DNA of 64,000 bases from Eledone cirrhosa (lineage: Eukaryota): the NCBI GenBank assembly GCA_964016885.1, contig OZ024741.1, forward strand, positions 217,000,001-217,064,000, in the 5' to 3' direction. Shown piece after piece: positions 1 to 12,700 of this stretch. Numbering within the stretch: position 1 is the stretch's first letter; the number at the start of each line of letters is the position of its first letter. The position numbers were made by a program, and so were the translations under genes. The notes beneath the pieces were generated by a model that saw only the letters and a program-made list of their open reading frames with translations, was not told where the DNA came from and ran no database searches.

Positions 1-1385
1 ACCTATGTCTGACTTGGATGGGCATATTAATCTAATGGTGGGATTAGTTTCAAAGTTATTTTTGTGATCTTTCAGGTTAAATGTAGGGTTGCACGGGGTA
101 AGCGGTTCGGTCCTATCTGAAATTCCGAGTTTATTAACTATCTTGAGGCCCTCCATGTTTATGCTGGTGAGTGTAGATTCATATGTTTTTTTATATTTTT
201 TATGTAGTTCACGCTGAATAAAGTTATTGTATGTGTTAATGTCCATAGAGTATACGTTTGATGTTTTGTCTGCTTTTACTATGATACCGTTAATGTCTTT
301 TAGTTTTTTAAGTAATGTATTTAAGTCATTTTGCAATTTGTTGTGATTTGTTCTTTTTTTAAATTTAGTTTCACTTATCATGTTCATAAGGTCCAGCTCG
401 AAGGCATCGAGTGCGGGGTTGTTTGGCGGGTTTTTGCAGGATTTAAACCCGTAATTCTCCTTGGAAAATTCCCTTCTGTTGGTATTCGGTCCCTTATCGA
501 AATGGTAAGCTTTCCATCGGACCCTGCGGATGAAATCATTAGTCCGTCGTATCATGCCCAGTGTATAGTCCTTTTTTGTAGGTACAGGTTTGTTTTTTTA
601 GTGACATACCTATACAGTGCTTCTCCATGTTGTTGCCGTGCGTTAATGGTGTTGCTCGACCAGGTGGGAGCTAAATATACGGATTAACAAATAATAGTTA
701 AATGCAGTCCACTTAGGTGAAGTCCAGTTATGGTATTCCAGGTAGTGGATGATATTAACGCTTGGCTTGGTTTGACTCAACAAGGCGTTTTCATAGTGAT
801 GCTGCGGGTGTGCTGTAATTCCTATGTTGTAAACACTTGGAGTAATAATGAATCAGGAAAGAAGGTTTACATGGTTTGCTATAAAAAAAAGTTTTTAATC
901 ACATAGCTTACTGTCTAGAGATCGCTATCCGCCTAATTTTGCGTCACTCGATAATAATTGTTGTTGTTATTGTTCTAATTGAATGCCATAACTACTCCAT
1001 ATTTTCTTTTCTTTTCTTGCCTGTGTATTTTCTTCATTCTCGCATGCTCCGAAGATCTGACTGGTTATAATTCTGTATTGGCGATCGAGTGACGCAAAAT
1101 TAGGCGGATAGCGATCTCTAGACAGACCAGTTCAGTGAAACAAATGTAAGCTATGTGATTAAAAACTTTTTTGTATAGCAAACCATGTAAACCTTCTTTC
1201 CTGATTTATTATTACTCCAAGTGTTTACAACATAGGAATTACAGCACACCCGCAGCATCACTATGAAAACGCCTTGTTGAGTCAAACCAAGCAAACCAAG
1301 CCAAGCGTTAATATCATCCACTACCTGGAATACCATAACTGGACTTCACCTAAGTGGACTGCATTTAACTATTATTTGTTAATCC

Positions 1386-1390
<5 letters not shown>
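1..1390 (-). mobile_element. Penelope-like retroelement (Naiad-type), 5' part: RT N-terminus (ATG ~628) plus inverted pseudo-LTRs; continues off the left edge of the window
   Basis: Manual minus-strand translation gives ...FIRRVRWKAYHF...VKADKTSNVYSM...INMEGLKIVNKLGISDRTEPLTPCNPTFNLKDHKNNFETNPTIRLICPSKSDIG, homologous to ORFs 27674-28009 and 27003-27686. 676-952 is the reverse complement of 1085-1390, and the element ends in (TA)n. Confidence 0.85.
1040..1158 (+). ncRNA. Type I hammerhead ribozyme-like motif in the PLE pLTR (core variant CCGAAGA)
   Basis: Stem I tcgcatgct/agc(t)atgtga, core CCGAAGA, stem II tctgactggt...accagttcag around a long loop, then GAAA-caaatg-TA. Confidence 0.55.
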
Positions 1391-1429
<39 letters not shown>

Positions 1430-1434
<5 letters not shown>

Positions 1435-1580
1435 AGTATGTATGTATGTATGTATACGTACATACATATATGTATACAGACGTACAGTAGTATGTATATA
1501 TATACATACATGCACACATATATATATATATGCACGTATCGGTTTACCGAACATTTATTATAATGCTCGGTTTGTTTGTA
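1430..1580. repeat. Fragment of the dispersed repeat also found at 20520-20832, 23900-24400 and 46168-46810
   Basis: Shares 'tatgtatacagacgtacagtagtatg...tttaccgaacatttattataatgctcggtttgtttg' with the other copies. Confidence 0.8.
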
Positions 1581-1754
1581 ATATATATATATATGCATAC
1601 GTATATATATCGTAACATACAGCACGTCTTGTACTTTAAAACTCGCCAAGTCTGAACACATTCGTTTTCTTTTAGAGTAAGAAAAGGTTAGAGTGAGGGG
1701 GAGTGGGAAAAGATATAAAGGAAGAATCGACCCTAGTGATGGACTGGTACTTTT

Positions 1755-2620
1755 TCTTTCTTCTTTTTTATGTTTCGAAAAGATGAAAAGCAAAGTTGAC
1801 CTCGGCGAGATTTGAACTTAGTGAGCTCAGACTGCCGGGACCAGTACCGCAAAGCATTCTAACCACCATTCTAATGAGTCTACCTATTTGTCTCCTTTAC
1901 GTAAATCTAAGTACATAAATATCTTACAACAATATAAGAGTACGAAACACTATTACGTATAACATGTTATCTGAATCGGAACTGTAACTCTGCCGTTCAT
2001 ATTACAACTATATTTCTGAAAGGATTTCTCCGCCTTGATATCATAGCTAACATTAAGCTACTATTAAGCTTTTTATCATAATTCGGTAACGTGAACTTTA
2101 TCAGTGTTTCTGGGTCAAACAAATTGTGACTCACACTCTTTTACAATAGTTTTAAAAAACCAAGCGAACTGAAATACGGTCGATTTGATTGAGTCGGTAG
2201 AGCGTTGGATATTTCTTTTGGCTCAGGCTCTATGAGCTCAGGCTCTATGAGCTCTGAGTTCAAATTCTGCTGAGATCCACTTTGCTTTTCATTTCTTTCA
2301 GGGGCTTATAAAAGAAAATGCCAGCTCAGTAGTGATGTAGCCTTCTCATCTTGTATGATCCGCTGAATCAATAGAGAGAGAGAGAAAAATCGAGAAAATA
2401 TCTATGACTACTCACGACTGCATAATGCGTGTTTTGTCTTGGGCATTTATACTTGGCGGAGCCATCCCCTCTCCAGGTTTCAACACAGCTGAGAAGGGGA
2501 GGGAGGAAAAGATGAAAGCTAAAGTTCACCTCGGTGGGATTTGAACTCAGAGAGGTTTAGAACGAATACCACAAAGTATTCTATCTGACGTTTTAACGAC
2601 CCTGCCAATTCGTCGACAAT
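1755..2620. mobile_element. Cluster of old, degraded tRNA-derived SINE fragments
   Basis: Diverged matches to 'gatgaaaggcaaagttgacctcggcgggatttgaactcag' near 1785, 2255 (reverse) and 2510. Confidence 0.6.
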
Positions 2621-2718
2621 GTCTTTCCTCTTATTTCATTCATATTTTTACTGGTTTCACCCATTAGACAGTGGCCATTCTGGGGCACAACTTTCTAGAA
2701 TATAGTCGATTTCATTAT

Positions 2719-2903
2719 GTGGATTGGCAGTATCGGTAGAGAGTCGGACACCATGCTTTGAAACATAGAGATGCGTCCCTTTATGATCTGAGTTCAAATC
2801 CCGCCGAGGTTAACTTTGCCTTTCATCCTTACGGGGTCGATAAAGTAAAGTACCAGTAATGTACTGGGTAATTGCTGGCCTTGTGCCTAAAATAGAAACA
2901 ATT
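2719..2903 (+). mobile_element. tRNA-derived SINE, main family in the window (Nin/Deu-like central domain)
   Basis: A-box-like tggcagtatcgg, B-box gagttcaaatccc, then gccgaggttaactttgcctttcatccttacggggtcgataaa...gtaccag; more than 10 copies in the window. Confidence 0.85.
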
Positions 2904-3149
2904 ATTTATTTTATTAACTGATGTGACTCATCTTATTTTATTGACCTCAGAAAGAATAAGAAATAAAGTATACTTAGCCAAGATTTGAACTCAGAACGTA
3001 AAGGGATGTAACCAAATACCTAGCATCCAAATTTCATTCGGATTAAGTTTCATATTGTTTGGAATATTATAGAAAGATTAATCCTTTCGCTACCATATTT
3101 CTAGTAAAGGACAATATGTTGTTTAACCCTTTCGTTACCATATTTCTAA

Positions 3150-3241
3150 CTAGCTTCGCCCGGGAGAACAGTTAAGAGAAGACGGATAAAAGAGAAAATG
3201 ACTGTATAGGATGTGTTGTCTGGTATGAGGTGAGATCATAA

Positions 3242-3291
<50 letters not shown>

Positions 3292-3959
3292 AAAAAAACA
3301 ATCATAAATCTTCCTTATTAGGCTGGGGAGTAAACTGCCGATTGAATGGTAGCATTGGCCTTGGATTTTAGATGTTGCGAAATGACCATAGTCAGTATGG
3401 TTTTTTCAGCTTCAAAAGACGTCATCTGAAACACAGCAATATACCGCATAACATTGCTTCTGAAGTGTTTAGCTTCGGCAGTAGGGACTGTAAGTAGTAT
3501 ATGGATAAAAGATGGAGGGTAGATTAATTTCAAATAGTATCAATTTTTCTTCTTCTGTAAAATCAAAGACTGTAAAACTAATTTATAAAAGCTTTTGTTA
3601 AACCTTTCTATAGATCAAAGGATCTATTGTTGAAGCCGTTTCTAGACTTTCGTGGGACGTTACTCTCTTTCTCTCTCTTTCACTCCCTCTCTTTCTCTCA
3701 GTCTCTCTCTCTCTCTCTCCATCTCTATCTCTCTCTCTCTATCTCTCTCTCCCCCTCTCTCTCTCTCTCTCTCTGAATGTCTAACACTTTAACTGTATAA
3801 CGGCCTATCTCTCTCTTTCTGCTTCTCCCTATGTGTCTCTCTCTTGAGATGTGTGTGCATGTATTTGTGTGTGTGTGTGTGTATTTGTGTGTGTATGCGG
3901 TTTTTGTGTGATTCAACCAACTAATAAACATCTTTCTTTTATAGGTATATAGATATAGA
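3150..3959 (-). mobile_element. Non-autonomous Helitron with a Rep remnant, inserted at A|T of a 49-bp satellite unit
   Basis: 5' TCTATATCTATATACCTATAAAA and 3' cccgggcgaagCTAG. Rep-like remnant AVFQMTSF in ORF 3318-3533. Removing it restores tttctaa|tgaaagacactg. A related copy is at 29348-30062. Confidence 0.8.
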
Positions 3960-6596
3960 TGAAAGACACTGCCTATGTTGTTTAACCCTTTCATTACCAT
4001 ATTTCTAATAAAAGACACTGTCTATGTTGTTTAACCCTTTCATTACCATATTTCTAATAAAAGACACTGTCTATATTGTTTAACCCTTTCATTACCATAT
4101 TTCTAATAAAAGACACTGTCTATGTTGTTTAACCCTTTCATTACCATATTTCTAATAAAAGACACTGTCTATGTTGTTTAACCCTTTCATTACCATATTT
4201 CTAATAAAAGACACTGTCTATGTTGTTTAACACTTTCATTACCATATTTCTAATAAAAGACACTGTCTATGTTGTTTAACCCTTTCATTACCATATTTCT
4301 AATGAAAGACACTGTCTATGTTGTTTAACCCTTTCATTACCATATTTCTAATAAAAGACACTGTCTATATTGTTTAACCCTTTCATTACCATATTTCTAA
4401 TAAAAGACACTGTCTATATTGTTTAACCCTTTCATTACCATATTTCTAATAAAAGACACTGTCTATGTTGTTTAACCCTTTCATTACCATATTTCTAATA
4501 AAAGACACTGTCTATGTTGTTTAACCCTTTCATTACCATATTTCTAATAAAAGACACTGTCTATGTTGTTTAACCCTTTCATTACCATATTTCTAATGAA
4601 AGACACTGTCTATATTGTTTAACCCTTTCATTACCATGTTTCTAATAAAAGACACTGTCTATGTTGTTTAACCCTTTCATTACCATATTTCTAATAAAAG
4701 ACACTGTCTATGTTGTTTAACCCTTTCATTACCATATTTCTAATAAAAGACACTGTCTATGTTGTTTAACCCTTTCATTACCATATTTCTAATAAAAGAC
4801 ACTGTCTATGTTGTTTAACCCTTTCATTACCATATTTCTAATAAAAGACACTGTCTATGTTGTTTAACCCTTTCATTACCATATTTCTAATAAAAGACAC
4901 TGTCTATGTTGTTTAACCCTTTCATTACCATATTTCTAATAAAAGACACTGTCTATGTTGTTTAACCCTTTCATTACCATATTTCTAATAAAAGACACTG
5001 TCTATATTGTTTAACCCTTTCATTACCATATTTCTAATAAAAGACACTGTCTATGTTGTTTAACCCTTTCATTACCATATTTCTAATAAAAGACACTGTC
5101 TATGTTGTTTAACCCTTTCATTACCATATTTTTAATAAAAGACACTGTCTATGTTGTTTAACCCTTTCATTACCATATTTCTAATGAAAGACACTGTCTA
5201 TATTGTTTAACCCTTTGATTACCATATTTCTAATAAAAGACACTGTCTATGTTGTTTAACCCTTTCATTACCATATTTCTAATAAAAGACACTGTCTATG
5301 TTGTTTAACCCTTTCATTACCATATTTCTAATAAAAGACACTGTCTATGTTGTTTAACCCTTTCATTACCATATTTCTAATAAAAGACACTGTCTGTGTT
5401 GTTTAACACTTTCATTACCATATTTCTAATAAAAGACACTGTCTATGTTGTTTAACCCTTTCATTACCATATTTCTAATGAAAGACACTGTCTATGTTGT
5501 TTAACCCTTCCATTACCATATTTCTAATAAAAGACACTGTCTATATTGTTTACCCGTTTCATTACTATATTTCTAATGAAAGACACTGTCTATGTTGTTT
5601 AACCCTTTCATTACCATATTTCTAATAAAAGACACTGTCTATGTTGTTTAACCCTTTCATTACCATATTTCTAATGAAAGACACTGTCTATGTTGTTTAA
5701 CCCTTTCATTACCATATTTCTAATAAAAGACACTGTCTATGTTGTTTAACCCTTTCATTACCATATTTCTAATGAAAGACACTGTCTATGTTTTTAACCC
5801 TTTCATTACCATATTTCTAATAAAAGACACTGTCTATGTTGTTTAACCCTTTCATTACCATATTTCTAATAAAAGACACTGTCTATATTGTTTACCCCTT
5901 TCATTACTATATTTCTAATAAAAGACACTGTCTATGTTGTTTAACCCTTTCATTACCATATTTCTAATAAAAGACACTGTCTATGTTGTTTAACCCTTTC
6001 ATTACCATATTTCTAATGAAAGACACTGTCTATGTTTTTAACCCTTTCATTACCATATTTCTAATAAAAGACACTGTCTATGTTGTTTAACCCTTTCATT
6101 ACTATATTTCTAATAAAAGACACTGTCTATGTTGTTTAACCCTTTCATTACCATATTTCTAATAAAAGACACTGTCTATGTTGTTTAACCCTTTCATTAC
6201 CATATTTCTAATAAAAGACACTGTCTATGTTGTTTAACCCTTCCATTACCATATTTCTAATAAAAGACACTGTCTATGTTGTTTAACCCTTTCATTACCA
6301 TATTTCTAATGAAAGACACTGTCTATGTTGTTTAACCCTTTCATTACTATATTTCTAATGAAAGACACTGTCTATGTTGTTTAACCCTTTCATTACCATA
6401 TTTCTAATAAAAGACACTGCCTATGTTGTTTAACCCTTTCATTACTATATTTCTAATAAAAGACACTGTCTATGTTGTTTAACCCTTTCATTACCATATT
6501 TCTAATAAAAGACACTGTCTATATTGTTTACCCCTTTCATTACCATATTTCTAATAAAAGACACTGCCTATGTTGTTTAACCCTTTCATTACCATA
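3960..6596. repeat. 49-bp tandem satellite, ~54 copies (aaagacactgtctatgttgtttaaccctttcattaccatatttctaata)
   Basis: Period read directly (units start at 4011 and 4060); two diverged units also at 3080-3149. Confidence 0.97.
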
Positions 6597-6770
6597 TCTA
6601 TATATATAAAACTGAGGATGTCTGTCTGTGTGTGTGTGCTTTTGAATCCCTAAATCTCGAGAAGCACCCAACCGACTGTTTTCAAACTTTACACATGTAA
6701 TACTTATGTTTCAGGGAATGGTCTGAGCAAAAACATTTTCAAATTTTCAATGCCCTAGGGACCGCATTAG
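6597..6770 (+). mobile_element. 5' end of a second non-autonomous Helitron-like element
   Basis: Begins TCTATATATATAAAA...gtctgtgtgtg...ctcgagaagcacccaaccgactgttttcaaacttttacacatg right after the A of the satellite's accata|t. Confidence 0.6.
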
Positions 6771-9700
6771 GTGTATATATTGGTGTAGGTATATATAGCT
6801 ATGCTGTGTCTATATATTTCTGTAGATAAATGAAGTAATTCCGTATATAGCTATACTGTGTCTATATATTGGTGTAGGTATATATAGCTATACTGTGTCT
6901 ATTGGTGTAGGTATATATAGCTATACTGTGTCTATATATTGGTGTAGGTATATATATAGCTATACTGTGTCTGTATATTGGTGTAGGTATATATATAGCT
7001 ATGCTGTGTCTATATATTGGTGTAGGTATATATAGCTATACTGTGTGTATATATTGGTGTAGATATATAGTTATACTGTGTCTATATATTGGTGTAGGTA
7101 TATAGCTATGTTGTGTCTATATATTGGTGTAGGTATATATAGCTACACTGTGTCTATATATTGGTGTAGGTATATATAGCTATACTGTGTCTATATATTG
7201 GTGTAGGTATATATAGCTATGCTGTGTCTATATATTGGTGTAGATATATATAGCTACACTGTGTCTATATATTGGTGTAGATATATAGCTACACTGTGTC
7301 TATATATTGGTGTAGATATATAGCTACACTGTGTCTATATATTGGTGTAGATATATAGCTATGCTGTGTCTATATATTGGTGTAGATATATAGTTATACT
7401 GTGTCTATATATTGGTGTAGGTATATATAGCTATACTGTGTCTATATATTGGTGTAGGTATATATAGCTACACTGTGTCTATATATTGGTGTAGGTATAT
7501 ATAGCTATACTGTGTCTATATATTGGTGTAGGTATATATAGCTACACTGTGTCTATATATTGGTGTAGATATATAGCTATGCTGTGTCTATATATTGGTG
7601 TAGGTATATATAGCTATGCTGTGTCTATATATTGGTGTAGATATATAGCTATGCTGTGTCTATATATTGGTGTAGGTATATATAGCTACACTGTGTCTAT
7701 ATATTGGTGTAGGTATATATAGCTACACTGTGTCTATATATTGGTGTAGATATATAGCTATGCTGTGTCTATATATTGGTGTAGGTATATATAGCTATAC
7801 TGTGTCTATATATTGGTGTAGATATATAGCTATGCTGTGTCTATATATTGGTGTAGGTATATATATAGCTATACTGTGTCTATATATTGGTGTAGGTATA
7901 TATATAGCTATGCTGTGTCTATATATTGGTGTAGGTATATATAGCTATACTGTGTGTATATATTGGTGTAGATATATAGTTATACTGTGTCTATATATTG
8001 GTGTAGGTATATAGCTATGTTGTGTCTATATATTGGTGTAGGTATATATAGCTACACTGTGTCTATATATTGGTGTAGGTATATATAGCTATACTGTGTC
8101 TATATATTGGTGTAGGTATATATAGCTATACTGTGTCTATATATTGGTGTAGATATATATAGCTACACTGTGTCTATATATTGGTGTACATATATAGCTA
8201 CACTGTGTCTATATATTGGTGTAGATATATAGCTACACTGTGTCTATATATTGGTGTAGATATATAGCTACACTGTGTCTATATATTGGTGTAGATATAT
8301 AGCTATGCTGTGTCTATATATTGGTGTAGATATATAGTTATACTGTGTCTATATATTGGTGTAGGTATATATAGCTATACTGTGTCTATATATTGGTGTA
8401 GGTATATATAGCTACACTGTGTCTATATATTGGTGTAGGTATATATAGCTATACTGTGTCTATATATTGGTGTAGGTATATATAGCTACACTGTGTCTAT
8501 ATATTGGTGTAGATATATAGCTACACTGTGTCTATATATTGGTGTAGATATATAGCTATACTGTGTCTATATATTGGTGTAGGTATATATAGCTATGCTG
8601 TGTCTATATATTGGTGTAGATATATAGCTATGCTGTGTCTATATATTGGTGTAGGTATATATAGCTACACTGTGTCTATATATTGGTGTAGGTATATATA
8701 GCTATACTGTGTCTATATATTGGTGTAGATATATAGCTATGCTGTGTCTATATATTGGTGTAGATATATAGCTATACTGTGTCTATATATTGGTCTAGAT
8801 ATATAGCTATACTGTGTCTATATATTGGTGTAGATATATAGTTATACTGTGTCTATATATTGGTGTAGGTATATATAGCTATACTGTGTCTATATATTGG
8901 TGGAGGTATATATAGCTATGCTGTGTCTATATATTGGTGTAGGTATATATAGCTATACTGTGTCTATATATTGGTGTAGGTATATATAGCTATACTGTGT
9001 CTATTGGTGTATATATATATAGCTATGCTGTGACTATTGGTGTAGATATATAGCTATACTGTGTCTATATATTGGTGTAGATATATAGCTACACTGTGTC
9101 TATATATTGGTGTAGATATATAGCTATACTGTGTCTATATATTGGTGTAGGTATATATAGCTACACTGTGTCTATATATTGGTGTAGATATATAGCTATA
9201 CTGTGTCTATATATTGGTGTAGATATATAGTTATACTGTGTCTATATATTGGTGTAGATATATAGCTATGCTGTGTCTATATATTGGTGTAGGTATATAT
9301 AGCTATGCTGTGTCTATATATTGGTGTAGATATATAGTTATACTGTGTCTATATATTGGTGTAGATATATAGCTATGCTGTGTCTATATATTGGTGTAGG
9401 TATATATAGTTACACTGTGTCTATATATTGGTGTAGATATATAGCTACACTGTGTCTATATATTGGTGTAGGTATATATATAGCTATGCTGTGTCTATAT
9501 ATTGGTGTAGATATATAGCTATACTGTGTCTATATATTGGTGTAGATATATATAGCTATACTGTGTCTATATATTTGTGTGGATATATAGCTATGCTGTG
9601 TCTATATATTGGTGTAAGTATATATAGCTACACTGTGTCTATATATTGGTGTAGATATATATAGCTACACTGTGTCTATTGGTGTAGGTATATATAGCTA

Positions 9701-12700
9701 TGCTCTGTCTATATATTGGTGTAGGTATATAGCTACACTGTGTCTATATATTGGTGTAGGTATATATAGCTATGCTGTGTCTATATATTGGTGTAGGTAT
9801 ATATAGCTACACTGTGTCTATTGGTGTAGGTATATATAGCTATACTGTGTCTATTGGTGTAGGTATATAGCTATGCTGTGTCTATATATTGGTGTAGGTA
9901 TATATAGCTATACTGTGTCTATATATTGGTGTAGGTATATATAGTTATGCTGTGTCTATATATTGGTGTAGGTATATATAGCTACACTGTGTCTATATAT
10001 TGGTGTAGGTATATATAGCTATACTGTGTCTATTGGTATAGGTATATATAGCTATGCTGTGTCTATATATTGGTGTAGATATATAGCTACACTGTGTCTA
10101 TATATTGGTGTAGGTATATATAGCTACACTGTGTCTATATATTGGTGTAGGTATATATAGCTACGCTGTGTCTATATATTGGTGTAGGTATATAGCTATG
10201 CTGTGTCTATATATTGGTGTAGGTATATATAGCTATGCTGTGTCTATATATTGGTGTAGGTATATATAGCTATGCTGTGTCTATATATTGGTGTAGATAT
10301 ATAGCTATGCTGTGTCTATATATTGGTGTAGATATATAGCTACACTGTGTCTATATATTGGTGTAGGTATATATAGCTATACTGTGTCTATATATTGGTG
10401 TAGATATATAGCTATGCTGTGTCTATATATTGGTGTAGATATATAGCTATACTGTGTCTATATATTGGTGTAGATATATAGCTATGCTGTGTCTATATAT
10501 TGGTGTAGATATATAGCTATGCTGTGTCTATATATTGGTGTAGATATATAGCTATGCTGTGTCTATATATTGGTGTAGATATATAGTTATACTGTGTCTA
10601 TATATTGGTGTAGATATATAGCTATGCTGTGTCTATATATTGGTGTAGGTATATATAGCTATACTGTGTCTATATATTGGTGTAGATATATAGCTATGCT
10701 GTGTCTATATATTGGTGTAGGTATATATAGCTACACTGTGTCTATATATTGGTGTAGGTATATATAGCTATACTGTGTCTATATATTGGTGTAGATATAT
10801 AGCTATGCTGTGTCTATATATTGGTGTAGATATATAGCTATACTGTGTCTATATATTGGTCTAGATATATAGCTATACTGTGTCTATATATTGGTGTAGA
10901 TATATAGTTATACTGTGTCTATATATTGGTGTAGGTATATATAGCTATACTGTGTCTATATATTGGTGGAGGTATATATAGCTATGCTGTGTCTATATAT
11001 TGGTGTAGGTATATATAGCTATACTGTGTCTATATATTGGTGTAGGTATATATAGCTATACTGTGTCTATTGGTGTATATATATATAGCTATGCTGTGAC
11101 TATTGGTGTAGATATATAGCTATACTGTGTCTATATATTGGTGTAGATATATAGCTACACTGTGTCTATATATTGGTGTAGATATATAGCTATACTGTGT
11201 CTATATATTGGTGTAGGTATATATAGCTACACTGTGTCTATATATTGGTGTAGATATATAGCTATACTGTGTCTATATATTGGTGTAGATATATAGTTAT
11301 ACTGTGTCTATATATTGGTGTAGATATATAGCTATGCTGTGTCTATATATTGGTGTAGGTATATATAGCTATGCTGTGTCTATATATTGGTGTAGATATA
11401 TAGTTATACTGTGTCTATATATTGGTGTAGATATATAGCTATGCTGTGTCTATATATTGGTGTAGGTATATATAGTTACACTGTGTCTATATATTGGTGT
11501 AGATATATAGCTACACTGTGTCTATATATTGGTGTAGGTATATATATAGCTATGCTGTGTCTATATATTGGTGTAGATATATAGCTATACTGTGTCTATA
11601 TATTGGTGTAGATATATATAGCTATACTGTGTCTATATATTTGTGTGGATATATAGCTATGCTGTGTCTATATATTGGTGTAAGTATATATAGCTACACT
11701 GTGTCTATATATTGGTGTAGATATATATAGCTACACTGTGTCTATTGGTGTAGGTATATATAGCTATGCTCTGTCTATATATTGGTGTAGGTATATAGCT
11801 ACACTGTGTCTATATATTGGTGTAGGTATATATAGCTATGCTGTGTCTATATATTGGTGTAGGTATATATAGCTACACTGTGTCTATTGGTGTAGGTATA
11901 TATAGCTATACTGTGTCTATTGGTGTAGGTATATAGCTATGCTGTGTCTATATATTGGTGTAGGTATATATAGCTATACTGTGTCTATATATTGGTGTAG
12001 GTATATATAGTTATGCTGTGTCTATATATTGGTGTAGGTATATATAGCTACACTGTGTCTATATATTGGTGTAGGTATATATAGCTATACTGTGTCTATT
12101 GGTATAGGTATATATAGCTATGCTGTGTCTATATATTGGTGTAGATATATAGCTACACTGTGTCTATATATTGGTGTAGGTATATATAGCTACACTGTGT
12201 CTATATATTGGTGTAGGTATATATAGCTACGCTGTGTCTATATATTGGTGTAGGTATATAGCTATGCTGTGTCTATATATTGGTGTAGGTATATATAGCT
12301 ATGCTGTGTCTATATATTGGTGTAGGTATATATAGCTATGCTGTGTCTATATATTGGTGTAGATATATAGCTATGCTGTGTCTATATATTGGTGTAGATA
12401 TATAGCTACACTGTGTCTATATATTGGTGTAGGTATATATAGCTATACTGTGTCTATATATTGGTGTAGATATATAGCTATGCTGTGTCTATATATTGGT
12501 GTAGATATATAGCTATACTGTGTCTATATATTGGTGTAGATATATAGCTATGCTGTGTCTATATATTGGTGTAGATATATATAGCTATGCTGTGTTTATA
12601 TATTGGTGTAGATATATAGCTATGCTGTGTCTATATATTGGTGTAGATATATAGTTATACTGTGTCTATATATTGGTGTAGATATATAGCTATGCTGTGT

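Noticed and set aside
331-687. 118-aa + strand ORF
   Set aside because: Antisense to the Penelope RT N-terminus.
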